Shown here: in pieces, positions 38,496 through 51,777 of the stretch | Layout: each line of letters begins with the position of its first letter | Position numbering within the stretch: position 1 is the stretch's first letter | Assembly (NCBI GenBank): GCA_951406725.2 | Contig: OX597826.1 | Coordinates: forward strand, 8,990,001-9,054,000 | Source of the DNA: Octopus vulgaris | Lineage: Eukaryota | Direction of reading: 5' to 3' | DNA: 64,000 nt | The notes under the pieces: generated by a model | Told to the model about the DNA's origin: nothing | Databases searched by the model: none | What the model saw: only the letters and a program-made list of their open reading frames with translations | Position numbers and translations under genes: made by a program

Positions 38496-39544
38496 TGACA
38501 ATTCCTATTGGATCTGCAGAATTAAATCAAGGTTCAGCTGGAGTCCATAGGATCAGGAGGGCTACTGGTCCTTAACCAAATATATATATATACCAACATT
38601 TGCAGGTACCCAAGAAGAACTGGAACAATAATGAGAATTAGATATCGAGTACTTCAAATTGAAAATTTATTGGGAGAAAGGGGAAGAAAGTTGTTACCTA
38701 GCAGTGAGGGAAAGAAACAACTGACTTGATTGATAGATTTAAAATCTTTTAAGTATAGAGTAGCAGTTATGACCTTTCTTCAGCTTATTGCAATTATATT
38801 GAACTGAACAGCTCCTCCCACCTCAGATTACAAATGTCTGTCTATTGTGAGCATTATTCTTTGATGTTAAACAATTTCTAACACAGGAACATAACTTAGT
38901 ATTAGTTCTCGATGTAATCTTATCTTTTCATTTCATATTTGTTCATTCTAAAGTTCTTTTTATTGTATGAATGAAGTCTTCTACATTTGTTTGCTTATTA
39001 ATGTTTACCAAACTTGAGGTTTCCTCTTGTTTGTTCAATTTTCACTGATATTTCTCTCATTACTTACTTCAAAACTACTCGAGCTTCTACAATGGAGTAG
39101 TCTTTCAGAGAGAAGTAAAGACATAATAAAATGAACTAAAATAAAATGTGATATTAGTGAACTGGTTGAAATTGTTAGTGCCAGACAGAATGTCTTGCTG
39201 TAATTAGTTACAACCCTTTTATAGTCTGTGACAGTCTATGTTTGAATCCTGTTCGGGTCATCTTTGCCTTTCATCCTTCAGGGTCAATAAAATAAGGTGC
39301 CAATCAATTTATATTATTACATAACGATGTAATCATAATAGATGAAGGCTAATATCTATTTGGGGCCAAATTTCTCAAAACGTTTTGTTGCTTTTACTCT
39401 TCTAATGTTAGTTATTTTTATTTTCTACAGAATAAATGTATAAGTCTATGAGAGTGCCTTTCTGTGATCACATAACCAGCTAGAGATAGCAGCCAAATCA
39501 TATTCAATTCCTCACCAATGTAAAAAAATGGATATATCGGATAT

Positions 39545-39726
39545 CTTTCATCTTTTACTTGTTTCAGCCATTTGACTACGTCCATTCTGGACCACTGCTT
39601 TGAAGGGTTTTAGTTGACTTATTTTTTTTAAAGCCTAGCACCGATTCTATCAGTCTCTTTTGCCAAACTGTTAAGTTATGGGGACATAAGCACACAAATA
39701 CTGGTGGTCAAGCAGTGGTAGGGGGA

Positions 39727-39776
<50 letters not shown>

Positions 39777-39942
39777 TACAATGGGCTTCCTTCAGTTTCC
39801 TTTTACCAAATCCACTCACAGGGCTTTGGTCAGCCTGAGGTTATATTAGAAGACACTTGTCCAAGGTGCCACACAGTGGGACTGAACCCAAAACCCTGTG
39901 GTTGGGAAGCAAGCTTCTTCCCATACATTCATACCTGTACCT
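39545..39942 (-). mobile_element. SINE family B with central (CA)n
   Basis: Full homology to other copies. Confidence 0.85.
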
Positions 39943-40679
39943 ATTAGTGTAACCTTTTGATTTACCAAAAGACAGGATGATCCTAGCAGGAATATACCTA
40001 ATCTTTGGCCTGTTAGGGTTTGGTTAAACCTGGGGCTAAAACAACAGCATAGTGTATATTCCGTCAGTGTACCAACACCTTTTACATAGCTTATAGATCA
40101 GCCATTCAGTGAGCCTTTACTTGATTTCACTACTTGCTAGAAATAGTGGTCAAATCTACCCCACACTAAACTTAAAGGATATTTACATTGGACATTGTAG
40201 TCTTGGATATAAAAGAAAGATGAGATGGTCATGGCTGAAATATTTTTTATCATTGGTCTTCTTAACGAAGAACTGACTTGAATGAAAAATTACATCTAGT
40301 TCATGAAACTCATCAGATGAAGGAAGGATATTCTTTAAGTTAGATATTAATTTACCTTTTACTTGTTTCAGTCATCGGACCGTGGCCATGCCGGGACACT
40401 ATCTTGAAAGGTTTCAAGCTAACAAAGCTGTACCTACATAGTCACTTGACCTGCTAGAATGAACTACCAAATTTCTCTCCAGTTAGATCTCATCATCTTT
40501 GAAAAATTTTCAGATGCTATTCAAAACTGTCAAATATTCAGAATGTGTAATCTTGAAAAATATCTTCACAATTTTTGAACTTTACATCTTCAGACCTATC
40601 CTTGACATTACTAATATACACATTCCTCTCTCCAAATTGCAATATGAATTACTTCTTTCAATAATCACCATCCTGTTCA

Positions 40680-41640
40680 TAAACCTTATGCAAAATTACA
40701 TGATGCCGTCAATAACAAAATAACTTAACATATGCACCATTCTAGCTAGCATTAAAAACCAGTAAAGCTTTTATCTCCATTACTAACAACCTACTTATAT
40801 ACAAATTATCAACACCTCTCAAGCAAACAAAACAAAACATCTTTCAGGTTATTAAAGTTAGAGATTATGCTGTAACAGCATGAATAGAATCTGCAATCTC
40901 TTGAATGTTGTACTACAAGAGAATCCACCCTCTCGTACATTTTTTTAAAAACACTTAACTACATAACGTTCCTACACCTCCAAAACATGCAGCCTTGTAG
41001 AAAGATGACTTACCAGTCACATCTTTCCACCATTCTCCAGACAGCAGCTGCACAATTACTCCAACCCTATATCAACCATTTAGAAACCTGATTCCAAAAT
41101 AACAAACCAAAATTATCATTTACGAAATTTGCTGGGTTTTTTTTTTTGTTTTTGTTTTTCCTAAGCAGTAACACAAGAAAACATGTAATACAAACAGCTA
41201 TCACACATTCAAGTGACATAAACATACCACGCAAATAGAAAACAAATGCTAGGAATTACATACAACACCTTTACAACATTCACAGCATACATACAAGACA
41301 TGATAAAGAAAACAAAACAATGTTTAAACATACTTAGAACACTGGGGCCTAGTGAGAGAAATAACAATGATGATGTACAAACAATTAGATTTGTCAGGAG
41401 TTATGCCAATCCTGTGTGGGCACCCAATTTCCCCCCACAAGAAACTAAAAACTAAAAAGCATAAAACACCGTACGTTGCCTCATCAGAAGCTATCATAGA
41501 TTAACTACGCCTTTAGACCAACTACACAACAGATAAAAGACAATCTGGACGTGCAAGGGGCTCATAATTTGTTGCAGCATTTGCTTCAACCCTCGCAGTT
41601 CCTGCCACTTGATGTTACATTATCTTATGAACATCCTCCT
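40680..41640 (+). pseudogene. Highly decayed I/Jockey-group LINE RT
   Basis: MLGITYN..TTFT.YI.D.I.K.KQ.LNILRTL and SYANPVWAP; upstream SKAF-like and DDL-like remnants. Confidence 0.6.
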
Positions 41641-42477
41641 ATTCAGTCCAGAAAAAGCATGGAAAATATATGCAAAAAAGGAAAAGAAAAATCTAGTAAT
41701 TTTATAAGTCCTTAGCTGTGCTGTTTTGCACACCACCAATGATAGGTATAAAGAAATAACCAACTGTCATACTTTGACTGACTAAGTTCACCTTGCCTGT
41801 TTACTATGACTATCACTCAAATTTTACATACCGTTAAAACCAACAATGAAGCCACCTTTTTCTGGTCATTTGACCTGTTAAAAATAGCAGCCAAATTCCT
41901 TTCAGTCACGTCATGCTATCTTAAAAAGAGATGGTCATAGCAGAGAATGTAGTTACACACTCACACACACTTACACACACACTTTTGTAATTGGATTGTG
42001 GCCATGTTGGAGCACTGTCTTGTAGCATTTAGTTGAAGTAATTGATCACAGTACTTATTTTACAACCTGGTACTTATTTTATCAGTCTCTTTTCCTGAAC
42101 CACTAAGTCACAAGGATGCAAACAAGCCAACACCAGTTGTTAAGCAGTGGTGGGGGACAAACACATGCACATCTATCTGTTTTATGTTCAAGCTGGCCAT
42201 ATCTGGCTCTTCATACCCACCCTACAATGACATTCATAAGGCTAAACAATCATTCCATCAAAACGTCAATGTTTTGACTGAGTAATCTGACTGCTAAAGA
42301 GTTACATGTGTTTCAGTGATGGCAGCTACATTGCTAAGTGTAATTGTTGTTATTGTTTAGAACCAGATCAACCTTTAAACATGCAGATCTACGATGAAAG
42401 ATGTTTTACTATATCCATCTCATGGGGTTTTTTTTTCCACATGTACAGTATATCAAAAATTATTTTGTTCAATTATC

Positions 42478-44095
42478 CCCTCTTATTTTTTATAGTCCTC
42501 CAGGCCAAAACAGAGGAATTTAAGACTGGTTGCCCATGGAAGCTTCTCTATCCTAATGGTATTTCTTATAACCAAATGTGTAGTAGAGTTAAGAGAAATT
42601 CTTGGTATGGAAGCCAAACCTGGAATTAAAGTTAACTTAGCAAAGACCAAAGTTCTTGTAAAAATGAAAGCAGATGAACCACTAAACCCACCAGGGAAAT
42701 GGTCGTGCTTGACCTGTAGAAAGTGTGCAAGTAGAAATTCCATACGGTTGCCAAGTGCTAAGTATTGAAACACAAGAGGCACAGTGAAATCACAGGAAGA
42801 TTAACAGAGGAAGTAGACTCCGTGTGTGTGTGTTTGTGTGTGTGTGTGGCAGAAGTGCAGGAACAATGAACATTATCATATCCTTGAAAGACCAGCAGGA
42901 TCCTTAGAGGTAGTGGATAGTTTTTGTTACCTAGGTGATCTAATTAGTAGCAGAGAAGGTTGTTCTGAAAGTATCATTGCAAGAATAGGATGGAGAAAGT
43001 TCAGAGAACAGTTTCCTTTGTTAACAACAAAAGGTCTCTCTCTCTCCCTTTCCCTCCTCTTTTTCTCCCTATCTCTCTCTTAGAGTGAAAGGTATATTGT
43101 CTGATGCTTATTTAGTGAAACTTGCTATGAATGCTAAGGACATGCGAAGCTTAAAAGAAAAGGATCTATCATGCTCTACAGGTTGTACAATGTCAATATG
43201 TGTGTATGGCAAAGAGTGAATGTGTTGAGAAAAAAAAAAAACTGGACATAAGAGGCATCAGATGTAGTGTGAATGAGAGAAGACTGTGTTGATATGGTCG
43301 TGTGATTGCATATGGGTGAGGACAGCTGCAAAAAGAAGTGCAGATTGCTAAATGTGGATAGAACCTGTGGAAAAAAGAAACCCAAGAAGACATGGGATGA
43401 AGTGGTGAAAAATGACCTTCCATTGTTGAGCCGCACTGAGATGACAAAGGACTGAGGTGATTGGGAAGTTGCTGTGCTTGAGAAGACACTTTCATCTAAG
43501 TAAAAATGAGGTTACTGCACACAATCCGTCCCTGATGAATCTCTCTCCTACAACTCATCTTTCTCCCCTCTTCCTGTGTTTACTACTCACTGCATTCCCT
43601 TTCCCCTCCCCTTTATCCCCTACTCTCCTTTCTCAGAATCATGAGCTTCCTGCCCACTCACACTGTCCAATCCTCTGTACCACTTCACCTTTATTCATTT
43701 CCCTGTACTTTGAGGGAATACCCCAATTATCTTTACAACCATCTTCTCTCTATTTCTCCCCACCCCTATATATCTCCTCTTCAGCAAGACACCTGTTTCT
43801 ATTTCTCTATTATATTTTAACCTTTCATCAACTGGCACAAAGCCACCTTTGTCAATACTACCCACCCCCATCTCAGTTGAGAAGTCTTTGTTTTGCAAGT
43901 TACTTGGTGACCTTGCTGATGCCATGTAAAATGCACCCACCACACTTTGTAAAGTAGCTGATGTTAGGAAGGGCATTCAGCTGTAGAAACAAAGTCAAAG
44001 CAGGCAGTAGAACTTGCCACAGTCCTCTGGTTTACTAGCTCCTATCAAAGCATCCAACATGTGGCCAGAAAGGAAAATATGTTAAATGCTGACGA
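42478..44095 (+). mobile_element. Degenerate 5'-truncated RTE LINE (RT 3' half, C-terminus, 3' UTR, tail)
   Basis: PLLFFIVLQA.TEEFKTGCPWKLLY, KVNLAKTKVLV, LEVVDSFCYLGD.IS...GC, GWRKFRE..PLL and KPKKTWDEVV. Confidence 0.9.
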
Positions 44096-46539
44096 TATTC
44101 TTTTTTGAGATGGTGTTATGATTTGAGGAAAAATTTTTTCTACCATTTCTAGCAGTCATCCAGCTTCATAGAGGATCTTACATTTGTTCATCAAATCGCA
44201 TCATCCAGTTATTAAGATGATATAGTGTGATTTGAGGGGGGATTTTTGCTACTATTTCTTGTAGATCTAGCAACCTCATAGAGGCTCTCAAGATTGGATC
44301 ATGTTACTTTCAGTTTACACTGAAAGTAATGTTTCTATGATCTGTTTTGAGTTTCCTCTTCATTCCTGTTATCAATAATAACAATTTCATTCCAAAATAA
44401 TACCTGGTTTTACCATTTCACACCAAATCATGAATTTATAACTAGAAAAAGAACAGTTGAAGATAATCAAAAGAGATGACTGGTGCAGCAACAATGAGCT
44501 TTGACAATGGTAGAAACATCTGGCCCGGAGTTACAACATTTGACTCAACACAGCTCATGCTGTTGTGTGGGATTTTTATTATTTACATCAGTGGATGGTC
44601 CAAGGCAGCTCTTGTGTTGCAGTGAAAGGGGCCCAAAGCATATCTGCATGCCTGTTTCACTGCCTGATGGAACATCACCTCCTGCCTTCAGAAACAGAGT
44701 ACAGCAGCACCATCAGTACATAAGTATTTACCCTCAATGTAAACGATGCTGACCAAAATACTCTGTAACTCTTATTTTACTGATGCAGGCTTGAGAAAAA
44801 CTATATTTTGCTGATACTGATAAGGATTAGTAAAACTGAAACCTGTCTGTATCTGGTAACATCAGCTTTTTACCCACAAGCATTAAAAGTTGATTTTGTG
44901 TGAAATTGATTCTTAATTTCTTCAAATTATCACCCCTTTTCTTTGAGAGTCGTAAACAACTGCCGGTAGAATTTTGTTTTCTTTTCTTTAAAAAGCAAAT
45001 TTCAAACTTAGAATGGTTTGTGTGTAACATTACTTTATCGCCTACCTGAATTGCCTAAATTTATGCTACCAGACTGCTTATTTCCCCTAACTCAGCTTAT
45101 GCAATCAATTGAAACAGTGTGGAATGCACACATATGCATTCTCTCTCTCTTTCTCTCTAATGAAGCAAATTTCTAATTACTCAGCAAGGCCCAGAAATTT
45201 AAATGTAAGGTTGTGAAGTTGTATCTCTTCTGAAGGATGTGTCGTCGTTTAATCTCCAGATCAGCTTTGATTAAGCAAACCTTTGATCAGTAGTTTTTCT
45301 AGATGGGCCACACATTCTATGACTAATTATTCAGTGTGTTTGTGATTTGAGGAAGGTTTGGTTGCTATTTCTTATAGTCAAGTGAACTGATTTCAGCTAG
45401 GAATCAAAATTGCAAATTCAGTCTCACAAGAAATTATAACTAACTCAAATTCCACTGAAATCAACTTTGCTTTTCATCTGTTCAGGGTCAATAAAATACC
45501 AGTTCATGGGAAATGGACTGGTGGATTTATTGGTGTTGAATGAGATTTCTTGCAGTATCCATCCCTGGCTTGTTGCATTCTAATGGCAGTGCTTCTAACG
45601 ATAACATGCCAAGCTGTATAAGCCTTTGTTTTACCCTTGGACTACATTAGCGATATACAAAACTGTTGATCTTACATAAAACCACCTATTCAGGTCTGTA
45701 CCTTGTAGAGGTACTTTCCAGATGCCAATCTAATTTTCCCATGAGGCAATTGAAAGATCAAAAATTGCTTTTAAAGAATCAAAGAATAAAATAAATTCAA
45801 TAACTTATCTCGGGTTTTAGGGATTTTTTTCTGTGGTTGCCTTATACTTTTTTGCCGATTATCAAATCCTGACTACTTTCAGGGTTTATTTACTATTGAT
45901 GGTTTCCTTTTCATTTAATCATTATCACATTATAAACCTGAGTTTATCAATGATGATACAGGTCCTTTCCACCATTACCATCCCCTCTTTCTCTACACAC
46001 ACACTCTTCATAATTGATCAGTATTGAAAGATTAATATATATATATATAAGAAAATATATTTTGGGATCAATATTCCTTATTCAGCTTTCTATTTCTATC
46101 ACATGTCATAGAAAATATACTGTATTGAAGGAAATGTAGACTAACTTCTCTAAAAGTGACAGTTTTTAGATTAAAAGAGCTTCAAGAGATCATATTGAAG
46201 TATGTATGTGTGTGTAAGTATGTGTGTGTGTGTGTGTGTATATATATACAAGTCTCTAAATATATATACAAGAACACACACAGACTTATATATATATATA
46301 TATACATACACACACACACGTTTTTGTATTTTCTGGTATTTCAAGATATTTCTTCTGTATTCAGTTTTGGAGCAAGATTATTATTATTATTATTATTTGG
46401 TTTACGTTTTTCTCTTTCTTTGTTGAGGTTTAACCTTCACTTTCAAGATTCTTCATGAAATGTTACAAGTAACTAAGCAAACCTGAAAATATCTGTGAAG
46501 AACCACCACTCAATCACGGCCACCACCAAATAACTACAC

Positions 46540-46548
46540 ATCTTCATT

Positions 46549-46581
<33 letters not shown>

Positions 46582-47385
46582 ACACACATTCATATGCTGA
46601 CTCACACATAAATACTGTTATGTATACACAGTCACACATACATATACAAGTTTTCCTAGTCATGTATTCACAAGCATATGTACATTATACTTGTACAATC
46701 TTGTATGCCACCCATTTACTCATATTCTCTCTCTCTCTCTCTCTCTCTCCCTCCGTCTCTCTCTCTTCCACACGTATTTGCAGGCACATATACACACATT
46801 CATTCACCAGCACATGTGCATACATAAATGCAATCTTGTGTGCGCACTGGTGCATATACTCTCTCTTGTGCATACCCATATAAATGTATTCATAGACATG
46901 GAGAAATGCGCACATTTATTCATAAAGACTTGTACATACATACATACATGCATATATACATACATACATGCATATATACATACATACATGCATATATACA
47001 TACATACATGCATATATACATGTATAACCACTTATATATATATATATATATATATATATAAGTGGTTATACAAGATTGCATTAGTGAATGTATGTATGTA
47101 TATATGTATGTGTGTGTGTATGTATGTATATATATACTCACAAATATATATTTAATCACACATGCAAACACATGCATGCACAAATGCAATCCTGTATATG
47201 CACTTATGCACACATATTACACGTGCATGTGTTCACACATGCACAAAGATGCAGAAATTTTATCCTGGATACTCACTAACACCTGTACTCTCACATACAC
47301 ACCTGTGTTCACACAATGTACGTGCACATCTACACACATACATATAAGCATATGCATGCACCAATGTGCATACACACACACACGC
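46540..47385. repeat. Compound CA/TA/CT low-complexity region including about 4 x 20-bp CATACATACATGCATATATA
   Basis: Direct inspection. Confidence 0.9.
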
Positions 47386-47638
47386 GCTGGCTTCTTTTCT
47401 GCTTTTTTCTTTGATGCATCAGAGTCAAGTGCAATGCTATATGATAAAAAGTCAGTATCATATTTGTACAGTGCTCTCCTAATGAAATAATTAGAAACAC
47501 TCATCATAAACTCTTTTGCTACTTTATTTCATTCCTCTTTTACTTCTTTTGTTGCTCTCTCCCCATTAGTCTCAGAATTCATATCATGTGGAAGACTAAC
47601 GTCTCAGTAATGCAGCATCATGGTAACACCATATGCAC

Positions 47639-47686
<48 letters not shown>

Positions 47687-48539
47687 GTGAACATTCCTAT
47701 GTGTTATGGCACTGCAATATTTTTAAGATGCATTTATATATTTGTGTGTGTGTATGTATGTATGTATGTGTGTGTAACTTAGAAAATAGAATTATACCCA
47801 GCAATTTATTTCAGGTTGTAGATGACACATTATTGAAATGGACACTAAAGAATATGTTGGCAAGCTAAAAAGAAATTTTTGAAATAATCCTATTCTTTGC
47901 TACTGTTATATGCAACATTGCTCAGCTAAAAATGTTAAGTAATCCAACAACAGATTTTTAGATGTAAATGTTGAGATAAGAATGAACATATCTATCTAAT
48001 GTGATTAGATGCTGTTATTTTTGTCTAAAACACCAAAGTGCCCAATACACTCTCACAGACAGTTTCGTTTGTGTGTGTGTCTGTGTGTGTTCATTTTCCG
48101 TCTGTTTTTTCTATGCTTGCAGAGGTTGGATGAACATGTTATTTGAGGCATTGTTTTATAGCCAGATGCCCTTTCTGGTGCTAAACGACATCTGCTTTTC
48201 AGGTAAAGGATCATTTGTTTTACATGGCCTCAAAGGTGTTATGTGCCCAGATGATTTCTTGACAGGATAAACTATCGACAACACAGCTTACCTCAGTTTT
48301 GTATCAGCAATTGCAGCTGTTAACACACATATGCACACATGCACATGCATACATACACACAGGTATGTATATGTGGTAAGAAGTTTTCTTCCTAACAACA
48401 TGGTTCTGAGTTCAGTTCCTCTGTGTGGCACTTTGGTCAAGTGTCTTCTACTATAGCTTCATGCTGACCAAAGACTTATAAGTAGATTTGGTAGATTGAA
48501 ACAGAAGAAGCCTATCGTATATATATATATATATATATT

Positions 48540-48669
48540 TTATTCATTTTAGTCTCTCTATTCATTTCCTCATGTTCCTTGCTGTTGATGAGTGTAGGCT
48601 CGAAACGTAAAAGACTTTCTCACTTTTTCGAGTGTCAAACTAATTTTTTTTTATTTTTCTGTAAATTTC

Positions 48670-48675
<6 letters not shown>
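48540..48675 (+). mobile_element. Second, shortened copy of the hammerhead-like element
   Basis: CTGTTGA-T-GAGT-GTAG-GCTC-GAAAC-GTA at 48582-48609. Confidence 0.6.
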
Positions 48676-48726
<51 letters not shown>

Positions 48727-48729
48727 TAT

Positions 48730-48878
48730 ACACAAGTAAGCTCATAAATGCAAAACAAGGTGGAAAATAATAGTACTAGAATACAGAAGGTAGAGTAATA
48801 TGCATTTTTATTAAAGCTGCAAAAACATCACAGAACTGTTATTCAGTTTCATGTTTCCATTTGTTGGACAGTTGTGAT
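48730..48878 (-). mobile_element. Possible Penelope-like terminal repeat with a decayed type I hammerhead
   Basis: - strand AACTGT-CCAACAA-ATG-GAAA-CAT-GAAAC-TGA-ATA-ACAGTT (48834-48873). Confidence 0.45.
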
Positions 48879-49384
48879 ATATATGTGTTTGTGTGTGTGT
48901 GTCTTTGTGTATGTGGTGGCTCCCCCCTCCCTATCTTACCAGGTTTTACAAAAAAAAGTAAATACTGGAGTCGATAAGTTTGACTAAAATTCTTCCAGAT
49001 GATGCCCCAGTATGGCCACAGTCTAATGACTTATACGAGTAAAAGATAAAAGATGTGTGTAAAACTGTTCTTTCAGTTAACAACTACCATATCCACTCTA
49101 ATGCTTTGGTTGACTCAAAGCTTTAGTATAGATAAGACACTTGTCCAAAGTGCTGTGCAGTGGAACTGAACCTCAAACCATGTAGCTTGGAAATGAACTT
49201 CTCTACCCAACTAACTATCCAGCTGTCCTTCCTTCTGATCTTTTTTTTTTCTTTCCTTAGTTACTTCTGTACCATAGTTTCATGCTGCTATCAAGGAATT
49301 TGAACATAGCCATCTTTAGCAGCCTTTTCTCATGCTAGTTGAAGCAGAAGTCAAAGGAGGAGTGTCGTGTAATGAGCTCTTTCA

Positions 49385-49725
49385 AATGTTAGTATGCATG
49401 AATGACATGGTATAGATGGACTGAGAGATAAACTAAGTTATAAGAGGAATTAGTTTTAGTGTGCAAGAATGAAGACAGCATTGGTATGGCTGTGTGCTGC
49501 ATATGGACGATAACAGATAGGTAAAGAAATACCAGGAGAAAGAAACCATGGAAAAGAAAGACTGAAGTAGACATTGGCAGAAGTGGTAAAAGCTGATTTC
49601 AAGTTGTTGAAAATCTCACAAAGGAATGCAATAAATGGCAAAATATTGTGTGTGTGGGGGGGGGGGGGAAGGAGGACCTGTTCATGCAAGCATGGAAAAA
49701 AAATTGATGTAGGAATGATGATGAT
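49385..49725 (+). pseudogene. RTE LINE C-terminal remnant
   Basis: LRDKL...RGI...VQE...HWYG.VLHMDD ... W.EVVKAD and a GAT tail. Confidence 0.7.
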
Positions 49726-49954
49726 TGTGTGTGTGTGTGTGTGTGTGTGAGGGAGATGAACTCTCTCATTAAGAACAACCTATGAACGTCATCATCATCC
49801 TTTAATGTCCGTTTTCAGTGCTGGTATGGGTTGGATGGTTTGACAAGATCAAACAAGCTGCAAGGCTGTGTGACTAGTCTCAGTGTCAGCTTTGACATCA
49901 TCTCTACAGCCGGTTGTGCTTCCTAACACCAAACACATTATAATGTGTACTGGG

Positions 49955-50252
49955 AGGCACATGGCCTAGTGGTTAGAGCAGCAGACTTGCGGTCGAGGGA
50001 CCGCAGATTCGAATCTCAGACCGGGCAATGTGTGTATTTATGAGTGAAACACCTAAACTCCATGCCGCTCCGGCAGAAGATAATGGTGAATTTCTGCTGA
50101 CTCTTCTGCCACAACTTTCTCTCACTCTTTCCTCCTGCATCTTGCAACTCACCTGCGACGGACTGGCGTCCCGTCCAGGTGGGGAACCTATACGCCAAAG
50201 AAACTGGGAAACTGACCCTTATGAGCCAGGCATGGCTCGAGAAGGAACAAAC
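49955..50252 (+). mobile_element. tRNA-derived SINE with a V-SINE-like domain, nested in an RTE-tail element
   Basis: A-box TGGCCTAGTGG, B-box ATTCGAATC, CCTGCGACGGACTGGCGTCCCGTCCAGG; 13-bp TSD AAT(G/A)TGTACTGGG. Confidence 0.85.
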
Positions 50253-51552
50253 AATATGTACTGGGTGCTGTTTTTCTTTTTTTTTTCTTCTTTTTTTATA
50301 TTTATTTTGTGCCACCAGACTAGTGAGATTGACAAATAAATTGCAAGGCAGAAAAAGAATGGGAAAAGAAAAAAAAAACTTCTGCTACTTAATTGGGATG
50401 GGTGGAGAGTATTTGAGGAAGGAGAGAGATATGCCAACAAATGTTGAAAGGCTAAAGTATGATAGAGGGATAAACACAGGTATCTTACTATGGGCATCCA
50501 GTTAATCAATCAACTGAATAACCTTCATTCAGTTTTGCATGCGAAGCAACTCAGTTTCACACAGAGTTGGAGTCTGGACAGTTGCCTGCTAGCCAGCTCC
50601 ATGCCAGCATGGAAAGTGGACGTTAAATGATGATGATGATGTGTGCCCTTGATATAGTTTCTCAAGTAGAATCAGTGTGGCACTGTGTGACTAGGCCTGA
50701 CCATTGAATTACAGATGCAATCCGTCCTGATGGGTTTTTTTACACAGTTTTATTCACAAGGCTTTGATCAACTCATGGCTTTGATAAAAAACATGTGATG
50801 CAGTGTGACTGAACCTACAACTTCATGGTTGTGAAACAGACTTTTTAACCATCCAACCATGACTATGTTCTCTGCCTGCCTGCCTGGCTGCCCCTCTCTC
50901 TCTCTTATATATATATATTCCTTCTTTCTATCAGCCCCTTCACTCTTACTTCATTCATTCCACTCTTCGTTCTTTCGTTCCCCCTCTCTCGCATTTCCTG
51001 GCCTTCTCTTCATGCTCACCTTCCCTCCTCTTTCACTTCACTCTATCCCTTTCATTTTTTTCTTGCCCCCTCCTTAATTCTTCTAACCCTCTACCTCTAC
51101 TTCTCTCTCTTCTCTCCCCATGTGACTGGTGTTCGGCTAAGCCTGACCTTTCTTTCTTGGTTCAACTACCATCCATGCAACATCTATATTCCTCCCTGTG
51201 TCTGTCAAATCTTATATCCCTGCTGTAAGGCTTCTACACATGCTTGCTTAATTTAATTCGTCCTTAGTCGAAAGTCACCTGTTGTTAATGTCCTGTTTTT
51301 TTGCATTTGTGTACTATTTTTCCATTTGTTTTTCGTCCTTGTTTACATATACATTCGCTGCTTTCTCCCAAGGAATCTAGTGCTCTTAGCTTGGTTTTTC
51401 CTTGGGATGGGCCAGATTAGAGCAATCTCGAGTATAACCAGCTGAAATTGCAAAGATAATCTGGAACTCGACTGAGGAAAGAAACTCTGAATCACCCATC
51501 CTTGTTTTCTTTGTATCATCTGTCTGGATGTTTTTCGTTCTTGTCCCATTTT

Positions 51553-51591
<39 letters not shown>

Positions 51592-51711
51592 GCATGCATA
51601 ATGCTTATAAATACTTATACTTGCTGACCGAAGCTTTGTAATTGAATTTAGTAGGTGGAAGTTACCGCTGTGTGTGTACACAGGTGTGTAAGTGCTTGTG
51701 CCTCCTAACAG

Positions 51712-51777
51712 ATGATGATTTGCATGGTGACAAGGAATTAGAAATTTTCTATTCCTATGTGTCTGCAAATAATATCA
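51712..51777 (+). CDS. Candidate 66-nt symmetric cassette exon (xDDLHGDKELEIFYSYVSANNI), product unknown
   Basis: CCTCCTAACAG acceptor and GTGAGT donor; length divisible by 3; one open frame; lies in repeat-free sequence; no recognised homology. Confidence 0.25.

Noticed and set aside
44304-44329. 11-bp hairpin TTACTTTCAGT/ACTGAAAGTAA
   Set aside because: Short and AT-rich; nothing else supports a function
49955-50025. tRNA gene
   Set aside because: It is the tRNA-derived head of a SINE, with body and TSD
51250-51555. Possible further Penelope-like terminal repeat
   Set aside because: Single copy in the window and the CTGAGGA...GAA motif lacks proper stems, so it cannot be supported
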